51,894 nt of DNA, from positions 1 through 51,894 of IMG/VR virus record IMGVR_UViG_3300037043_000387; one strand, given 5' to 3'. The stretch comes from a virus (lineage: Duplodnaviria > Caudoviricetes). Of this stretch, positions 46,501-51,894 are shown piece by piece. Position numbers and translations under genes: made by a program. The notes below the pieces were generated by a model that saw nothing but the letters and a program-made list of their open reading frames with translations, was not told the DNA's origin and searched no databases. Within the stretch, counting starts at the first letter, position 1, and every line of letters begins with the position of its first letter.

Positions 46501-49500
46501 CTGTTTGTCGGACTTCCGGCTGATGTTCCTATGCGTGATGTTCAGGAGATGCCGGTTGATACGGGTATCCGCTTTGCCCTGGCTGATCGTTTCACCGGAT
46601 ATGTCGGGGAAATGAAGGGCGGCGACGTCTGGAAACGGATTGCCAGACTGTTAAATCCTTTCGACTGGTCGCGATTGAAAGGGATGATCGAGAACGTTAC
46701 TCCGCAATCGATCATGAACGGTGCAGCGAGCTTCCTCCGTAATCCTATCTTTGAGGCGGAAGCGGACGAAAACAAGAAGCCATTCGTTGAAAATGGAGTG
46801 AAGAGGGAGCAGACGAAACTGGATTATTTGCTGCGCTTCCTTGGCTGGGATGGACCGTCCGCCGATAATCCGAATATCATGGAGCGACTGAAAAAGACTT
46901 ATTCCCAGTGGGAAAGCGGAGACAGGACAACGGGTTGGGGCCGGATCACAGACGGGTACCAGAAACTTTCCGCTGCGGATCGTAAGGGTGTTGACTGGTT
47001 ATTATACCAGGGAGACATGCAGGGACGGGTGTTTAAGGATTTTGAGACGGCGGTGAAGGATCCGCGAGTCTCTAAGGGTAAACCGACTGAGACAGCCTTT
47101 ACCATGTACCAGCAGGTTCGGAATCATATTGATACCGTTGTTGCCGATACCGTGGAGGCTATCTCTCGCCAGTTTATGTACGACGCAGGCTTGCCTGACG
47201 TGGTTATTGAAAAGCACCTCAGCGATTACCGCAACAGATTGGCCGAGCGGCCCGGTTGGCTGCCGCGTAACCATGGCGACGGTGACCACCAGGTGAATGT
47301 CTACCAGCATATTACCGGCCTGAAATGGGAGACTCGTGGTGATAAGGATTCCATGCAGGCGCTTCTTCCCTATTATCCGAGCAAGGAAGTTGCTGACGAA
47401 ATCAAGAAACTTGCTACAGGATATGGCTTAAAATACCGCAACCTGGCGGGTGGTCAGCAGTTAATCACTACCGACAAGAACGCAAGCAGCCGCTTCAAAA
47501 AAGAGGTTGCTAAACTGAAAGGGCAGATAGAGGCAGCCACAGGAGACGAGAAATCCAAACTGGAGCTACAGCTGGACGCGGTAGAGCGGCAGCGAATTTT
47601 TGCCGAGTCAATGCCCGCCGACCAGATCAAACGATTCCGAACCAAGGCGGCGGAGATTATTCCCAAGCTGCAGCTTCGTAATGAACTGGGGATTCGTGAG
47701 CGGGAAAAGGCATTGAAGCAGGCACTTGAAGATGGCGAGTCGGAATCAACCATTAATATGTTAAAGGATGAGTTGAAGAAACTTGGCGATGGTCGAATCC
47801 GGGTCAAGGTCTACATGAGGTTGAAGGAAACCAAAAGCCGGGCGGAAAAACATAAGGCCGAGGTTGAAAAGGATCTGCAGAAGTTCATGCCGGGGAATTA
47901 CCTCGACTGGGCCAAGTATGAAGTTGAGCAGCGTTTTTCCGATCAGATCTCCGAAGATATGTACGGCGATATGAAAAATGATTTTGCCATGGAGCAGGGC
48001 CAGCTGGCTGCAATCAATAAGGCGGCAGCGCACCAGGAAATCAGCAAGAAGGAAGCGGCCGCGTTACGGCAGACAATCCTTCAATCAACAGCTGAAGTTT
48101 TGATGGCTCGCGGCGCTGGCGCTCACCGGATCCGCCGGGCAGAGTATCTGATTGAGGGTTACGACGCCGAGAATACCGTCGATGCCTATCATGATTATAT
48201 GACCGGTACCAGCGGGATGTTGTCCAAGGCCCGGTATGCGCAGGAACAGTTTGAGCAGTTCCGCTACGCAAAGCCTGAAGTCAAGCGGTGGGCTCATACC
48301 TATATTGTGAATAACCTCAGAAATATGGGGTTTGCCGACCAGGTGAGCGGTAACATGCGAGCCCTGGCTACGCTTACCTACCTGGGCTTCAAGGTCTCGT
48401 CCATGTTGATTAACTCTACTCAGCCGTGGACCTTGGGAGTAGCCGAGCTGGGGCGGCATACGAAGCGAAGTGCTGTGTGGGCAATCGGCAAGGCGCAAAC
48501 GGATATCGTGATCGGCAAACTCTCCGAGTCGGAAAAGAGGCTTTTCGCTTCGGAGATATTCAAACTGCAGGAGATGGAAACAGCGGTACACGAGATGAGC
48601 GGACAGCAGGAGGGTTTTACCGGCAAGGTCTCGCGCTTCATGCACACGTTGACCGATAAGGCCTTGATGCCGTTTCAGGAAGTCGAATTGTTGAACAGAA
48701 AGACGGTGATCCTGGCGGCCTATCGAACATTCCGGGCGGACGGAATTTCCCGGAATGAAGCACTGCAAAAGGCACTGCAAGTCAATCGGACCGTGAACTT
48801 CGAAATGTCCCGGGCGAATCTTCCCGGCTTTGCCCAGAAACCTTTGGGGCGGACCGTGTATGCACTCCAGTCATTCATGTGGAATAACTGGAATTGGATA
48901 TACAACCGCATGACCAGCGGGGAGAAGGAAGACATGAAGGCCCTGCTACGGTATGCGGTGGCCATGGGCATTATCGGCGGAGCAATGGCCCTGCCGGGTG
49001 GCGATGAACTGGACAAGCTCTATCAGACACTTTTCGGGGAAAGCCCGAAGCTGGCACTGCAAAAGTGGACAGCGAAACATGCGAAGGAATATGGTTCGCT
49101 GGGCGAGATGGTTAATGGCTTTGCCTGGCATGGGGCGGCGAGTGCGGCCGGGGTGAATATCTCCAATGCGATCCGCTTGCAGATCCCCATTGTTTCGCCG
49201 TTGATTGGTGGCGAGTCGCTCCCGGACGCGGCCGGCGGGGTCTTTACCGGTTTGGTACAGAAAGGCAGCCGGGCCACGGTGGCGGCAAGCCGTGGCGATA
49301 TGTACCGGGCACTGGAAAATCTTTCCCCGGAAGCCTTGGCCGGGGCAATGCGGGCCTATCGCATGTCGACCAAGGGTGCTACAACGACGTCCGGGAAGAT
49401 CCTCTTCGATGAGGACGGCAAGCCGATGAAGTATACCGCGGGCGAAGCGGTGAAAAGAACGCTGGGCTTTCAGCCAACACGGGTTTCCAAAAGAAGCGAC

Positions 49501-49755
49501 CTCACTAATATTGAGTACGGATTGACGGCTCACTGGAAAGAAGAGCGGGGCGATCTGCTGGCAAAGTTGAGAATTGCCACGGGAGACGAGCGGAAGAAAG
49601 TAATGCTCAAGATCATGCGCTTTAACCGCGATTTGCGCGAGTCTCAGGCTGCAGGTCTGGTCCCGATAATCAAGGAGCAAACTATCCGTCAGGCTCTCGT
49701 GTCAAAACCGAACAAGGGCAAGATGGCCTGGGAAAAAAATCAGTTGAACGATTGA
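34555..49755 (+). CDS. giant polyvalent internal virion protein (DarB-like): pyrophosphatase-like, N6-MTase, SNF2 helicase, peptidase-like and ART-like domains
   Basis: AGNYRKGH...HYGYIKGT...DKDHID...FDEHKV; VLEPTFGIGNF and IGNPPF; DHVVGSGKT, VDESHEFKN, ATGTPISNS, EQREGRAVRQGN; EEVVVHHGL; WHGSPH...GEGAQAYGYGLYFA...NYVIFD. Confidence 0.9.
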   Translation: MDWLNDIVANAKKQVLTGEAGKGMAELEAMATFTPEPTNAVKEFGKGVVAGTLQLPQMAGGLVKVAGDLVGSETVADIGEDAVNYWGEKTAPYTPRVGSIEDVENVGDFVDYAAAGIGSLVPTVAASMIGGGGAAAIAGKSALKSAAKKELTREATEALVSKAVTRGAMAGAGSTSAGMEIGSIGADQMEAGTEDPIKAILYGSVAGALDILPVTNLLAKFPAFKSLQKIPLFKSPEGRAWYTRGVMEGFKQSGMEGAQEAAQTMLERAGASREVFSDQGMMEILNAGIIGAIGGGVMGGGAGVLSGRGKERVTGNEENLETQTPGLNPAAVQPDPFSDAGDPPHPVVDLESQENPVLPEAPKGPLARAAEAAGASIFPGIGDVVPGSVTASVPPIGGQTSDELVLDEARDWAEEEIKAGKTHLMRQVREHPNSYALRILDSFKRRAEVPVVNQGETGPKYANVSLVNPETGIAEMVTPAEVMDRLKTGWRAPEAPSNTPDVDMLGSVTDADRGLLQSARDRAGYWERGSMDNGQTNKNELFPWLKDWGKTTPAEVSKAIGNFLEGKNLGEVQQRLVTAALQFERESRQPRGAAPAQGIGDLIAERRGVKGVAKEQGAGNRGNLESQASNLEPAVLKKAQLYAEKAGLDLDGWSNDEISDFVGKYDSFVKSKSRAAEPIASIGDLIAQRRAMNQKKGTPGIEAGAHEAATSPLNDLAEPSEAQVKAGNYRKGHVSIQGLDISIENPAGSVRSGKDQNGKPWSTAIHHHYGYIKGTVGKDKDHIDTFIGDKPEGDRVFVVDQIDPKSGTFDEHKVMIGFDSKNEATLGYLRNYDDTGQTRIGDVSEMTMDDFKAWLKSGKTKTPVGQLKRGDESQGKGKPAVQPANEARGKIVAKLKASGADEATAGKIADLIAEEYAGKKTLGPAWLGKRIKEGWIDKWKVQTQLKSGGKELEDLSPKEIAALPEGKVDHPVTAALKGKGADLDKQQGEAKEKAEIGGVSDKELDDKAANEALREKVADLGEARSTSTDEVQAKNKERFKEAQRKHLRKKIAEARSEADKTRLAKLLGKLQERKQEITEKPATSIDDEVKNLSLDDLSAMFDEVAAESQPKVETRTVEQATPGTSSRMSLKETVHSKKGHTLFVVTMNERVERDEYDRLNRDAKRTGNGYSSYRGHGAVPGFQFLDKSAAEEFMQRWGGEGKAVETLDVSKEDPQQARTATEILKEAASQGIEGVGDAVTGLYELFGGAALKSFPGGLDEATYSKAKPHFQAAFDRFREAGKGIKEFFRFLIEQFGPGIKPYSMKFVAELQGNSFKELNKTRGSLTESASNDNIVNENSTINEEGTDRDDTGNGGNGPQALESVPSGDVPGDGETRRPDKRVGSSGKTDATRDGYIDDERDDGIGSLGSVEVPVHLQRPVEGLQPGLEHVPTPASEPRSLFLSGENPGNYRIAESDRIGEGTRGQRIDSNMAAIRIAKQLQAEGRYATRTEQSALARYVGWGGLKSVFDPTSTKPQDQKARAELESLLTKEEYFEARQSVLNAHYTSREVIGAIYDMARHFGFSGGNVLEPTFGIGNFIGFMPSELAASSKWYGAELDPITAVIGKHLYPDSQLLNVGFQQAEFPYNKFDLAIGNPPFGDERITDTNKRRSEIDGMKIHNYVIAKAGMHLKPGKLMAMVVTSRFLDTANPEARGHLAKDFSFLGAIRLPNNAFAKSAGTDVVTDLVFFRKLMPDEKPDLSADWLTTGATLNNEDGEAVTLNKYFAERPHLMIGKPSMQGSMYGGGARGDQFTLSAREGQDTGAYIESLLGKDFASLKDVLKERVNDQAEAAAVSLEMNREDVGVGGYVPEGSDVFMREDDDADGNPVFVKLTAETQWTEKTKLGKTRLDRIKGMLELRGQTYKLIEMERFDQPGIERHRTQLNRLYDAFVKAHGYINDSANAGLMADDVKIEFGLEVNYRKPISVSRAKSMGVKPQGAKADKASLLKERVFYPQKEITTAANARDGYGISLSEKGRLDLEYIARLTGKEKKEVITELADEGLILQDPETLEWVQEDEYLSGNVKAKLKSVQHREGYERNAAALKKVQPKDVATDDIFADLGSTWIPAKVYEDFADLMGIKGAKAHVSDATGTVTIVDHKSINQNDMNVLLKNDDYTIAELFNFIANKRAVVAYDHDSEGKRFVNKDRTKLLVPIAKRFTATFRDWIMADPMRAQELTKLYNDTQNTHAERVFDGKHLKTVGANPAIIMRNTQRNAAWRMIQAPVTLLDHVVGSGKTYTIITGIMERRRLGLSRKPLVVVPNHLVGQWAKDFLRLYPGANILAATEKDFSKPNRRRLFSRIATGNFDAVIVGHSSFGFIPLEQETEIKFVQEEMEYLERALSDAASAEDKRTVRTLTNRIAKKRERIARLQNRDRDNVATFESMGIDHLTVDESHEFKNLEYSTSMQNVTGMGSPAGAKKSFDLYAKIRYLRSEDGAVTFATGTPISNSLVEMYTLLRYLNLEGLKERRLDAFDAWAKSYAGIETRIEYTATQKLKERGVMAEFNNLPELLQLYTEFADIVSMSDLKRIYAEQIRESNRATGANEREEFPVPKVKDGARVLDIADPLASQREFMDYLVARATRLERLGGQNDPKIDNHLWVMNDARKMALDIRLVDPLAPADPNNKIGRSAKNIKRIYDKWTADKGTQLVFCDLSTPAKQSDKDAKKFIKDSLTVLAMQKDTRVQAVLDSLTWREQWSYLKNRMEAKVEELNNALQENSNLSDADEKSLNNWMNDLEKYLEEVSDEDEAALTTADTGFSVYDDLKSQLVSMGIPENEIRFIHEANTKDKKEELFGMVNSGEVRVLLGSSKKMGAGTNVQERVVALHHLDAPWRPSDVEQREGRAVRQGNTLYDRDPDGFELELIAYSTGNTFDAVMWQVLARKAEMLEQFRSGVRSVQEGQSDADSYATFMAESTGNPAFKEKYRLENAIEELEGMQRNVQARRSAAERLAGQREELTNKTKLGIDRAAADLEAVAEAEGFVFEGVTYAEDLDEAQAAAREEYNAAWAMYEKELKEHNGRRTAAIEAQMIKEFGFDKYELRGNEVEKIAIKKWDEEHKAEKPVAPKEVTLTGLAKTSQAAKLGRLIEKHLDEMDEGEIVVKYGGLNVAFTVDEARWGNSSLKKGERKTNDYSITVGNYSESYQAKHPSSKEIVSVLRNGAIKRQLAKELGDAKRQAEYTSKSIADAERILDKVKFSDAAELEEKRSRYVEVVEEVNRLEAEMETRRENESNPYIDRDSRRFSGYDRRSSAAQVQESGAAGETRYSVTADQPTYGLPAADIQTAFEPVYKNMPNSPPWRVVQTTAELPKRALDNAAKRGIPQRMLQAVYLGNEVVYVADNFRSMEEAKEVILEEVVVHHGLRGIMAKDAYEKHMLQAALWYANKRNAEWKDLAEQYKLDLKDRDDRIEAAEEMLGRDARTGMDSTILSKVIAAVKEFLRSVGWNAGYGDAEIRELLGKARRFVEGKEQGAADREQGTGIDYGAMLRILREQGVTDDQLEAFANWQPGAARYAAAWHGSPHDFVAFKSQHIGSGEGAQAYGYGLYFAGNKEVAEYYKKAVAALRTNMSELAETLKGVDSGAYSLIEKALTKDDFHGTGPLAVGSIVQSLMSGQPSMKVVNLLGEDFKRVYDAVDSLPSKGKLYHVELAPSEDEYLLWDKHLSEQSEKVKAAIAKGIKNHQDEVQKDLMSYYAEENKDKAVGGTFYKTLTSMLGDGTSTDGRKEASEYLHSLGIRGIKYLDGTSRNKSGYKIMWENGQTSFEHDKAVAESVAKTFEAKYGKATITPDDRGADYNYVIFDESDVSITAKFALARLEDVKGQIVDKGVSLNTSEREVLEADKAKAIEAIETTVRDYDEPGRLLFRAFYEADQHQSPGVVPFNPDRGHFAAGEDLRGSWWTTSYATAQEIAWSKGRDGRTVKIVALPVDKLPAGRVFIQNTNPPGFVYDLFVGLPADVPMRDVQEMPVDTGIRFALADRFTGYVGEMKGGDVWKRIARLLNPFDWSRLKGMIENVTPQSIMNGAASFLRNPIFEAEADENKKPFVENGVKREQTKLDYLLRFLGWDGPSADNPNIMERLKKTYSQWESGDRTTGWGRITDGYQKLSAADRKGVDWLLYQGDMQGRVFKDFETAVKDPRVSKGKPTETAFTMYQQVRNHIDTVVADTVEAISRQFMYDAGLPDVVIEKHLSDYRNRLAERPGWLPRNHGDGDHQVNVYQHITGLKWETRGDKDSMQALLPYYPSKEVADEIKKLATGYGLKYRNLAGGQQLITTDKNASSRFKKEVAKLKGQIEAATGDEKSKLELQLDAVERQRIFAESMPADQIKRFRTKAAEIIPKLQLRNELGIREREKALKQALEDGESESTINMLKDELKKLGDGRIRVKVYMRLKETKSRAEKHKAEVEKDLQKFMPGNYLDWAKYEVEQRFSDQISEDMYGDMKNDFAMEQGQLAAINKAAAHQEISKKEAAALRQTILQSTAEVLMARGAGAHRIRRAEYLIEGYDAENTVDAYHDYMTGTSGMLSKARYAQEQFEQFRYAKPEVKRWAHTYIVNNLRNMGFADQVSGNMRALATLTYLGFKVSSMLINSTQPWTLGVAELGRHTKRSAVWAIGKAQTDIVIGKLSESEKRLFASEIFKLQEMETAVHEMSGQQEGFTGKVSRFMHTLTDKALMPFQEVELLNRKTVILAAYRTFRADGISRNEALQKALQVNRTVNFEMSRANLPGFAQKPLGRTVYALQSFMWNNWNWIYNRMTSGEKEDMKALLRYAVAMGIIGGAMALPGGDELDKLYQTLFGESPKLALQKWTAKHAKEYGSLGEMVNGFAWHGAASAAGVNISNAIRLQIPIVSPLIGGESLPDAAGGVFTGLVQKGSRATVAASRGDMYRALENLSPEALAGAMRAYRMSTKGATTTSGKILFDEDGKPMKYTAGEAVKRTLGFQPTRVSKRSDLTNIEYGLTAHWKEERGDLLAKLRIATGDERKKVMLKIMRFNRDLRESQAAGLVPIIKEQTIRQALVSKPNKGKMAWEKNQLND
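38527..38555 (+). promoter_or_regulatory. internal sigma70 promoter inside the giant gene
   Basis: TTGACG 38527-38532, 17 bp, TAATAT 38550-38555, with extended -10 TG at 38547-38548. Confidence 0.65.
38597..38836 (+). CDS. nested out-of-frame 79-aa protein, TnpV-like
   Basis: GAGGAGG RBS 38581-38587, GTG 38597; MTTQEMAAMARKHWKAYHPETYREMEKRDDL...MTSGMTVSEAWEASK; +1 frame relative to the giant ORF. Confidence 0.7.
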   Translation: MTTQEMAAMARKHWKAYHPETYREMEKRDDLIKESEAAAKLTQREMDTLMTSGMTVSEAWEASKSLFIFSDPSKDYNPD

Positions 49756-49770
49756 GTAAAGTAGGGTAGT

Positions 49771-49789
49771 GTTCATAATTATTTTGAAC
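49771..49789. promoter_or_regulatory. RTTCA-N9-TGAAC palindrome, copy 5 (before the lysis cassette)
   Basis: GTTCA TAATTATTT TGAAC. Confidence 0.75.
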
Positions 49790-49811
49790 ATGCGCCTGGC
49801 AACGGGCGAGG

Positions 49812-49901
49812 ATTGAAAAACGGGTAAGTTTCAACCCGGAAGTCTTAGGGTACCAGAAACCCCGGCAACGTTTTCAAAGACGATGCCGGGGTTTCTTTTT
49901 T
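49812..49901 (+). terminator. antiterminator/terminator RNA switch, copy 2
   Basis: Terminator AGAAACCCCGGCA...TGCCGGGGTTTCTTTTTT overlapped by CGGG-TAA-GTTTC...GAAAC-CCCG. Confidence 0.8.
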
Positions 49902-49910
49902 GGGGGATGC

Positions 49911-50390
49911 ATGGATTTAACAATCGTAGATCGGTGGTTCCTGATTTTTTTGGTAATTGTCCTGGTTGGGGCTGTTGGGCTTATATCAAAATTGTGTCTA
50001 GCTGCCTTGAAAAAGATCTACGAAGGACTTACGGCTTCTATTTTTAAGCTGGAATCAAGCCTGGAAAAAACGGTGGGTGATTTTAAAGAGGCTTTACGCG
50101 AGATTGTCTCCGACCAACGTGGAAGCAACATGCTGATTACTGCACAGGTGACGGACATGGATAAGCGGTTATTCCACATACAGGGGGAGCATGACCGCTG
50201 CATGGAAGATCATGCCATTCATAAAATAGCGGGACGGGTCTCAACTTTGGAGGCTCAGTACCTGGTTCTTCAACGAGAAACAATCTTCGGGCGCAGGGCT
50301 ACAGACTACCCGCGTGACGGGATCCCGCATCCGTACCAGTCGAGAGAAACCTGGCCGGTTGAGGAGGGGGATATTAATGCAGACGATTGA
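49911..50390 (+). CDS. membrane-anchored coiled-coil lysis-module protein (holin/antiholin-like)
   Basis: N-terminal TM helix, coiled coil, precedes the endolysin. Confidence 0.55.
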   Translation: MDLTIVDRWFLIFLVIVLVGAVGLISKLCLAALKKIYEGLTASIFKLESSLEKTVGDFKEALREIVSDQRGSNMLITAQVTDMDKRLFHIQGEHDRCMEDHAIHKIAGRVSTLEAQYLVLQRETIFGRRATDYPRDGIPHPYQSRETWPVEEGDINADD

Positions 50391-51045
50391 CCGCAAGAAA
50401 TTCTTCGACGGGTACCGTCAGAGATTCGGCCGACTGCGGACCGCCCAGGTTCCGGCAATTGAATTTATCCTAACCTCTCTGGAGAGGGATCGCCACATCG
50501 AGGACATCCGGTGGGGCGCTTACATGCTGGCCACGACGAAATGGGAAACCGGGGATACCTTCAGGCCTATCAAAGAGTATGGTACCCGGCAATACTTCAT
50601 CAAAAGGTACGGGAGTCAAACTGCAGTCGGGAAGATCCTCGGCAACGACACCCCTGAGGAGGGGGCGGATTACGCCGGTCGCGGACACACCCAAAATACC
50701 GGGAAAAACAATTATGAAATGCTCGAGCGGGAATTGCCGAAAGCTTATCCCGAGGTAATAGCCCGGTGGGAGGTACAACACGGCCGCAAATTCGATCTGA
50801 CGGTGGGTGATCAAGCCAATGACGAACACGACCCCGATGCTCTGTTGGATCCCGAAATATCATATATAGCAATGTCCTATGCTATGCGGAATGGTAAATA
50901 TACCGGCAAACGCCTTAGTCATTACATTAACAGCGCCACGTGCAATTACCTCTTGGCGAGGAAAATTATCAATGGGCAGGACCAGGCGAAGCGGATCGCC
51001 GACTTTGCCGAGACATTCGAGTGGATATTGAGGAGGGCGGCATGA
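50377..51045 (+). CDS. endolysin, GH19/lysozyme-like fold
   Basis: AYMLATTKWET...PIKEYG...YAGRGHTQNTGKNNY...ARKIING. Confidence 0.85.
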   Translation: MQTIDRKKFFDGYRQRFGRLRTAQVPAIEFILTSLERDRHIEDIRWGAYMLATTKWETGDTFRPIKEYGTRQYFIKRYGSQTAVGKILGNDTPEEGADYAGRGHTQNTGKNNYEMLERELPKAYPEVIARWEVQHGRKFDLTVGDQANDEHDPDALLDPEISYIAMSYAMRNGKYTGKRLSHYINSATCNYLLARKIINGQDQAKRIADFAETFEWILRRAA

Positions 51046-51554
51046 TGTATCTTGCAGCTAAAAAAGAGGCTACTTCTTTCTTCGGCAAAGTCATCAAGGC
51101 TTGGACGTATTTCGGCAAACCCAAGGGGCTCCCTTCCTATTGCCATGTGGAGTTGGTTTTTTCGGATGGCACGTGGTTTTCCTCACGGGAGTTTAAGGGG
51201 GCTACTTCTTTTGTGAAAGGTCCACCACCTGGCGAACGCATGAGCATGTATGATTTCTTCCCCCTGCCGGTGTCTCCCGATGATGAATATTCAATCCGCG
51301 AATGGTGCAGAAAAGAGCAGTACCGTGATGACGGTTCGCAAAGCGGATACGATGTGCGCGGGGTATTGTTCTCGTTTCTGCCGATCCCCATTGGCTGGCA
51401 GTCGGCGCAGGATTGGTTCTGTTCGGAGGTTTGTTGTGCGGCATTGCAAACCAGGGGCTGGTTTTCGGGATATTCGGCGGCTTCGGTACATCCCAATCAA
51501 GTGATAAGGCTCTATCAAGCTGAAATACTGCAAAGGAAGCTGGCGACGATATGA
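51042..51554 (+). CDS. permuted papain-like (YiiX/NlpC-P60-like) protein
   Basis: YCHVELVF ... YD..G ... WFCSEVC. Confidence 0.75.
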   Translation: MMYLAAKKEATSFFGKVIKAWTYFGKPKGLPSYCHVELVFSDGTWFSSREFKGATSFVKGPPPGERMSMYDFFPLPVSPDDEYSIREWCRKEQYRDDGSQSGYDVRGVLFSFLPIPIGWQSAQDWFCSEVCCAALQTRGWFSGYSAASVHPNQVIRLYQAEILQRKLATI

Positions 51555-51727
51555 AAAAATCTTGGATGCCAACAGTGTTCGGAGTCGGGGCGGCAGCCGG
51601 CAGCGTTATGGCTGCGTCCGGTCCCAGTGAGTATTGGAAATTTGCGGGGCAGATTATATCAGCGGCGTGTCTTGCTGGCCTGGGTATCACGGCAAAACAA
51701 TACAATGTTTCAGGAGGCAAGGAATGA
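51551..51727 (+). CDS. small two-TM holin-like protein
   Basis: MKKSWMPTVFGVGAAAG...LAGLGITAKQYNVSG, read manually. Confidence 0.6.
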   Translation: MKKSWMPTVFGVGAAAGSVMAASGPSEYWKFAGQIISAACLAGLGITAKQYNVSGGKE

Positions 51728-51894
51728 AATATTTACTACTGGCTATATTTCTCTCTGGTTGCGTGTCCACAACGGTAAATATCCCCCCAGGGGCGAAGGT
51801 TGGAAACATCACCATAAATGCTAATAAGACAATCACCACTTCGCCAAGCCTGAAGGCTGACGGTAACACCGTGCCTGTTTCACCATTACCTTGA
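51724..51894 (+). CDS. small lipoprotein (o-spanin-like)
   Basis: MKYLLLAIFLSGC lipobox at the end of the lysis cassette. Confidence 0.6.
   Translation: MKYLLLAIFLSGCVSTTVNIPPGAKVGNITINANKTITTSPSLKADGNTVPVSPLP

Noticed and set aside
1-51894. tRNA, rRNA, IS elements, prophage att ends
   Set aside because: None recognisable by eye; the genome ends and any conventional integrase probably lie outside the window.

Overview
The window is most of a temperate podovirus-like (pro)phage genome, almost all on the + strand. In order: an immunity region (two XRE repressor-like genes, a cro-like gene, a PR-type promoter, three operators); an early operon of many small genes that also holds a complete integron integrase (IntI) with an attI-like site, a CII-like regulator, a MazG-like protein, a C5 DNA methyltransferase and replication genes; packaging and head genes (TerS, P22-like TerL, portal, scaffold, N4-gp56-type major capsid); tail and fibre genes; a 506-aa putative ejection protein; a 5066-aa polyvalent DarB-like protein; and a lysis cassette. 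No conventional phage integrase or att ends are visible. Most notable: (1) a phage-borne integron whose apparent cassette genes face backwards, so the phage early operon would read them; (2) a small gene with its own promoter and RBS nested out of frame in the giant gene; (3) two copies of a covarying antiterminator/terminator RNA switch before the head and lysis operons, one directly behind a DUF2292-like microprotein; (4) a 19-bp palindrome at five operon boundaries; (5) tandem pseudoknot motifs in the capsid 5' UTR. All family calls are from motif recognition by eye; no database searches were run.
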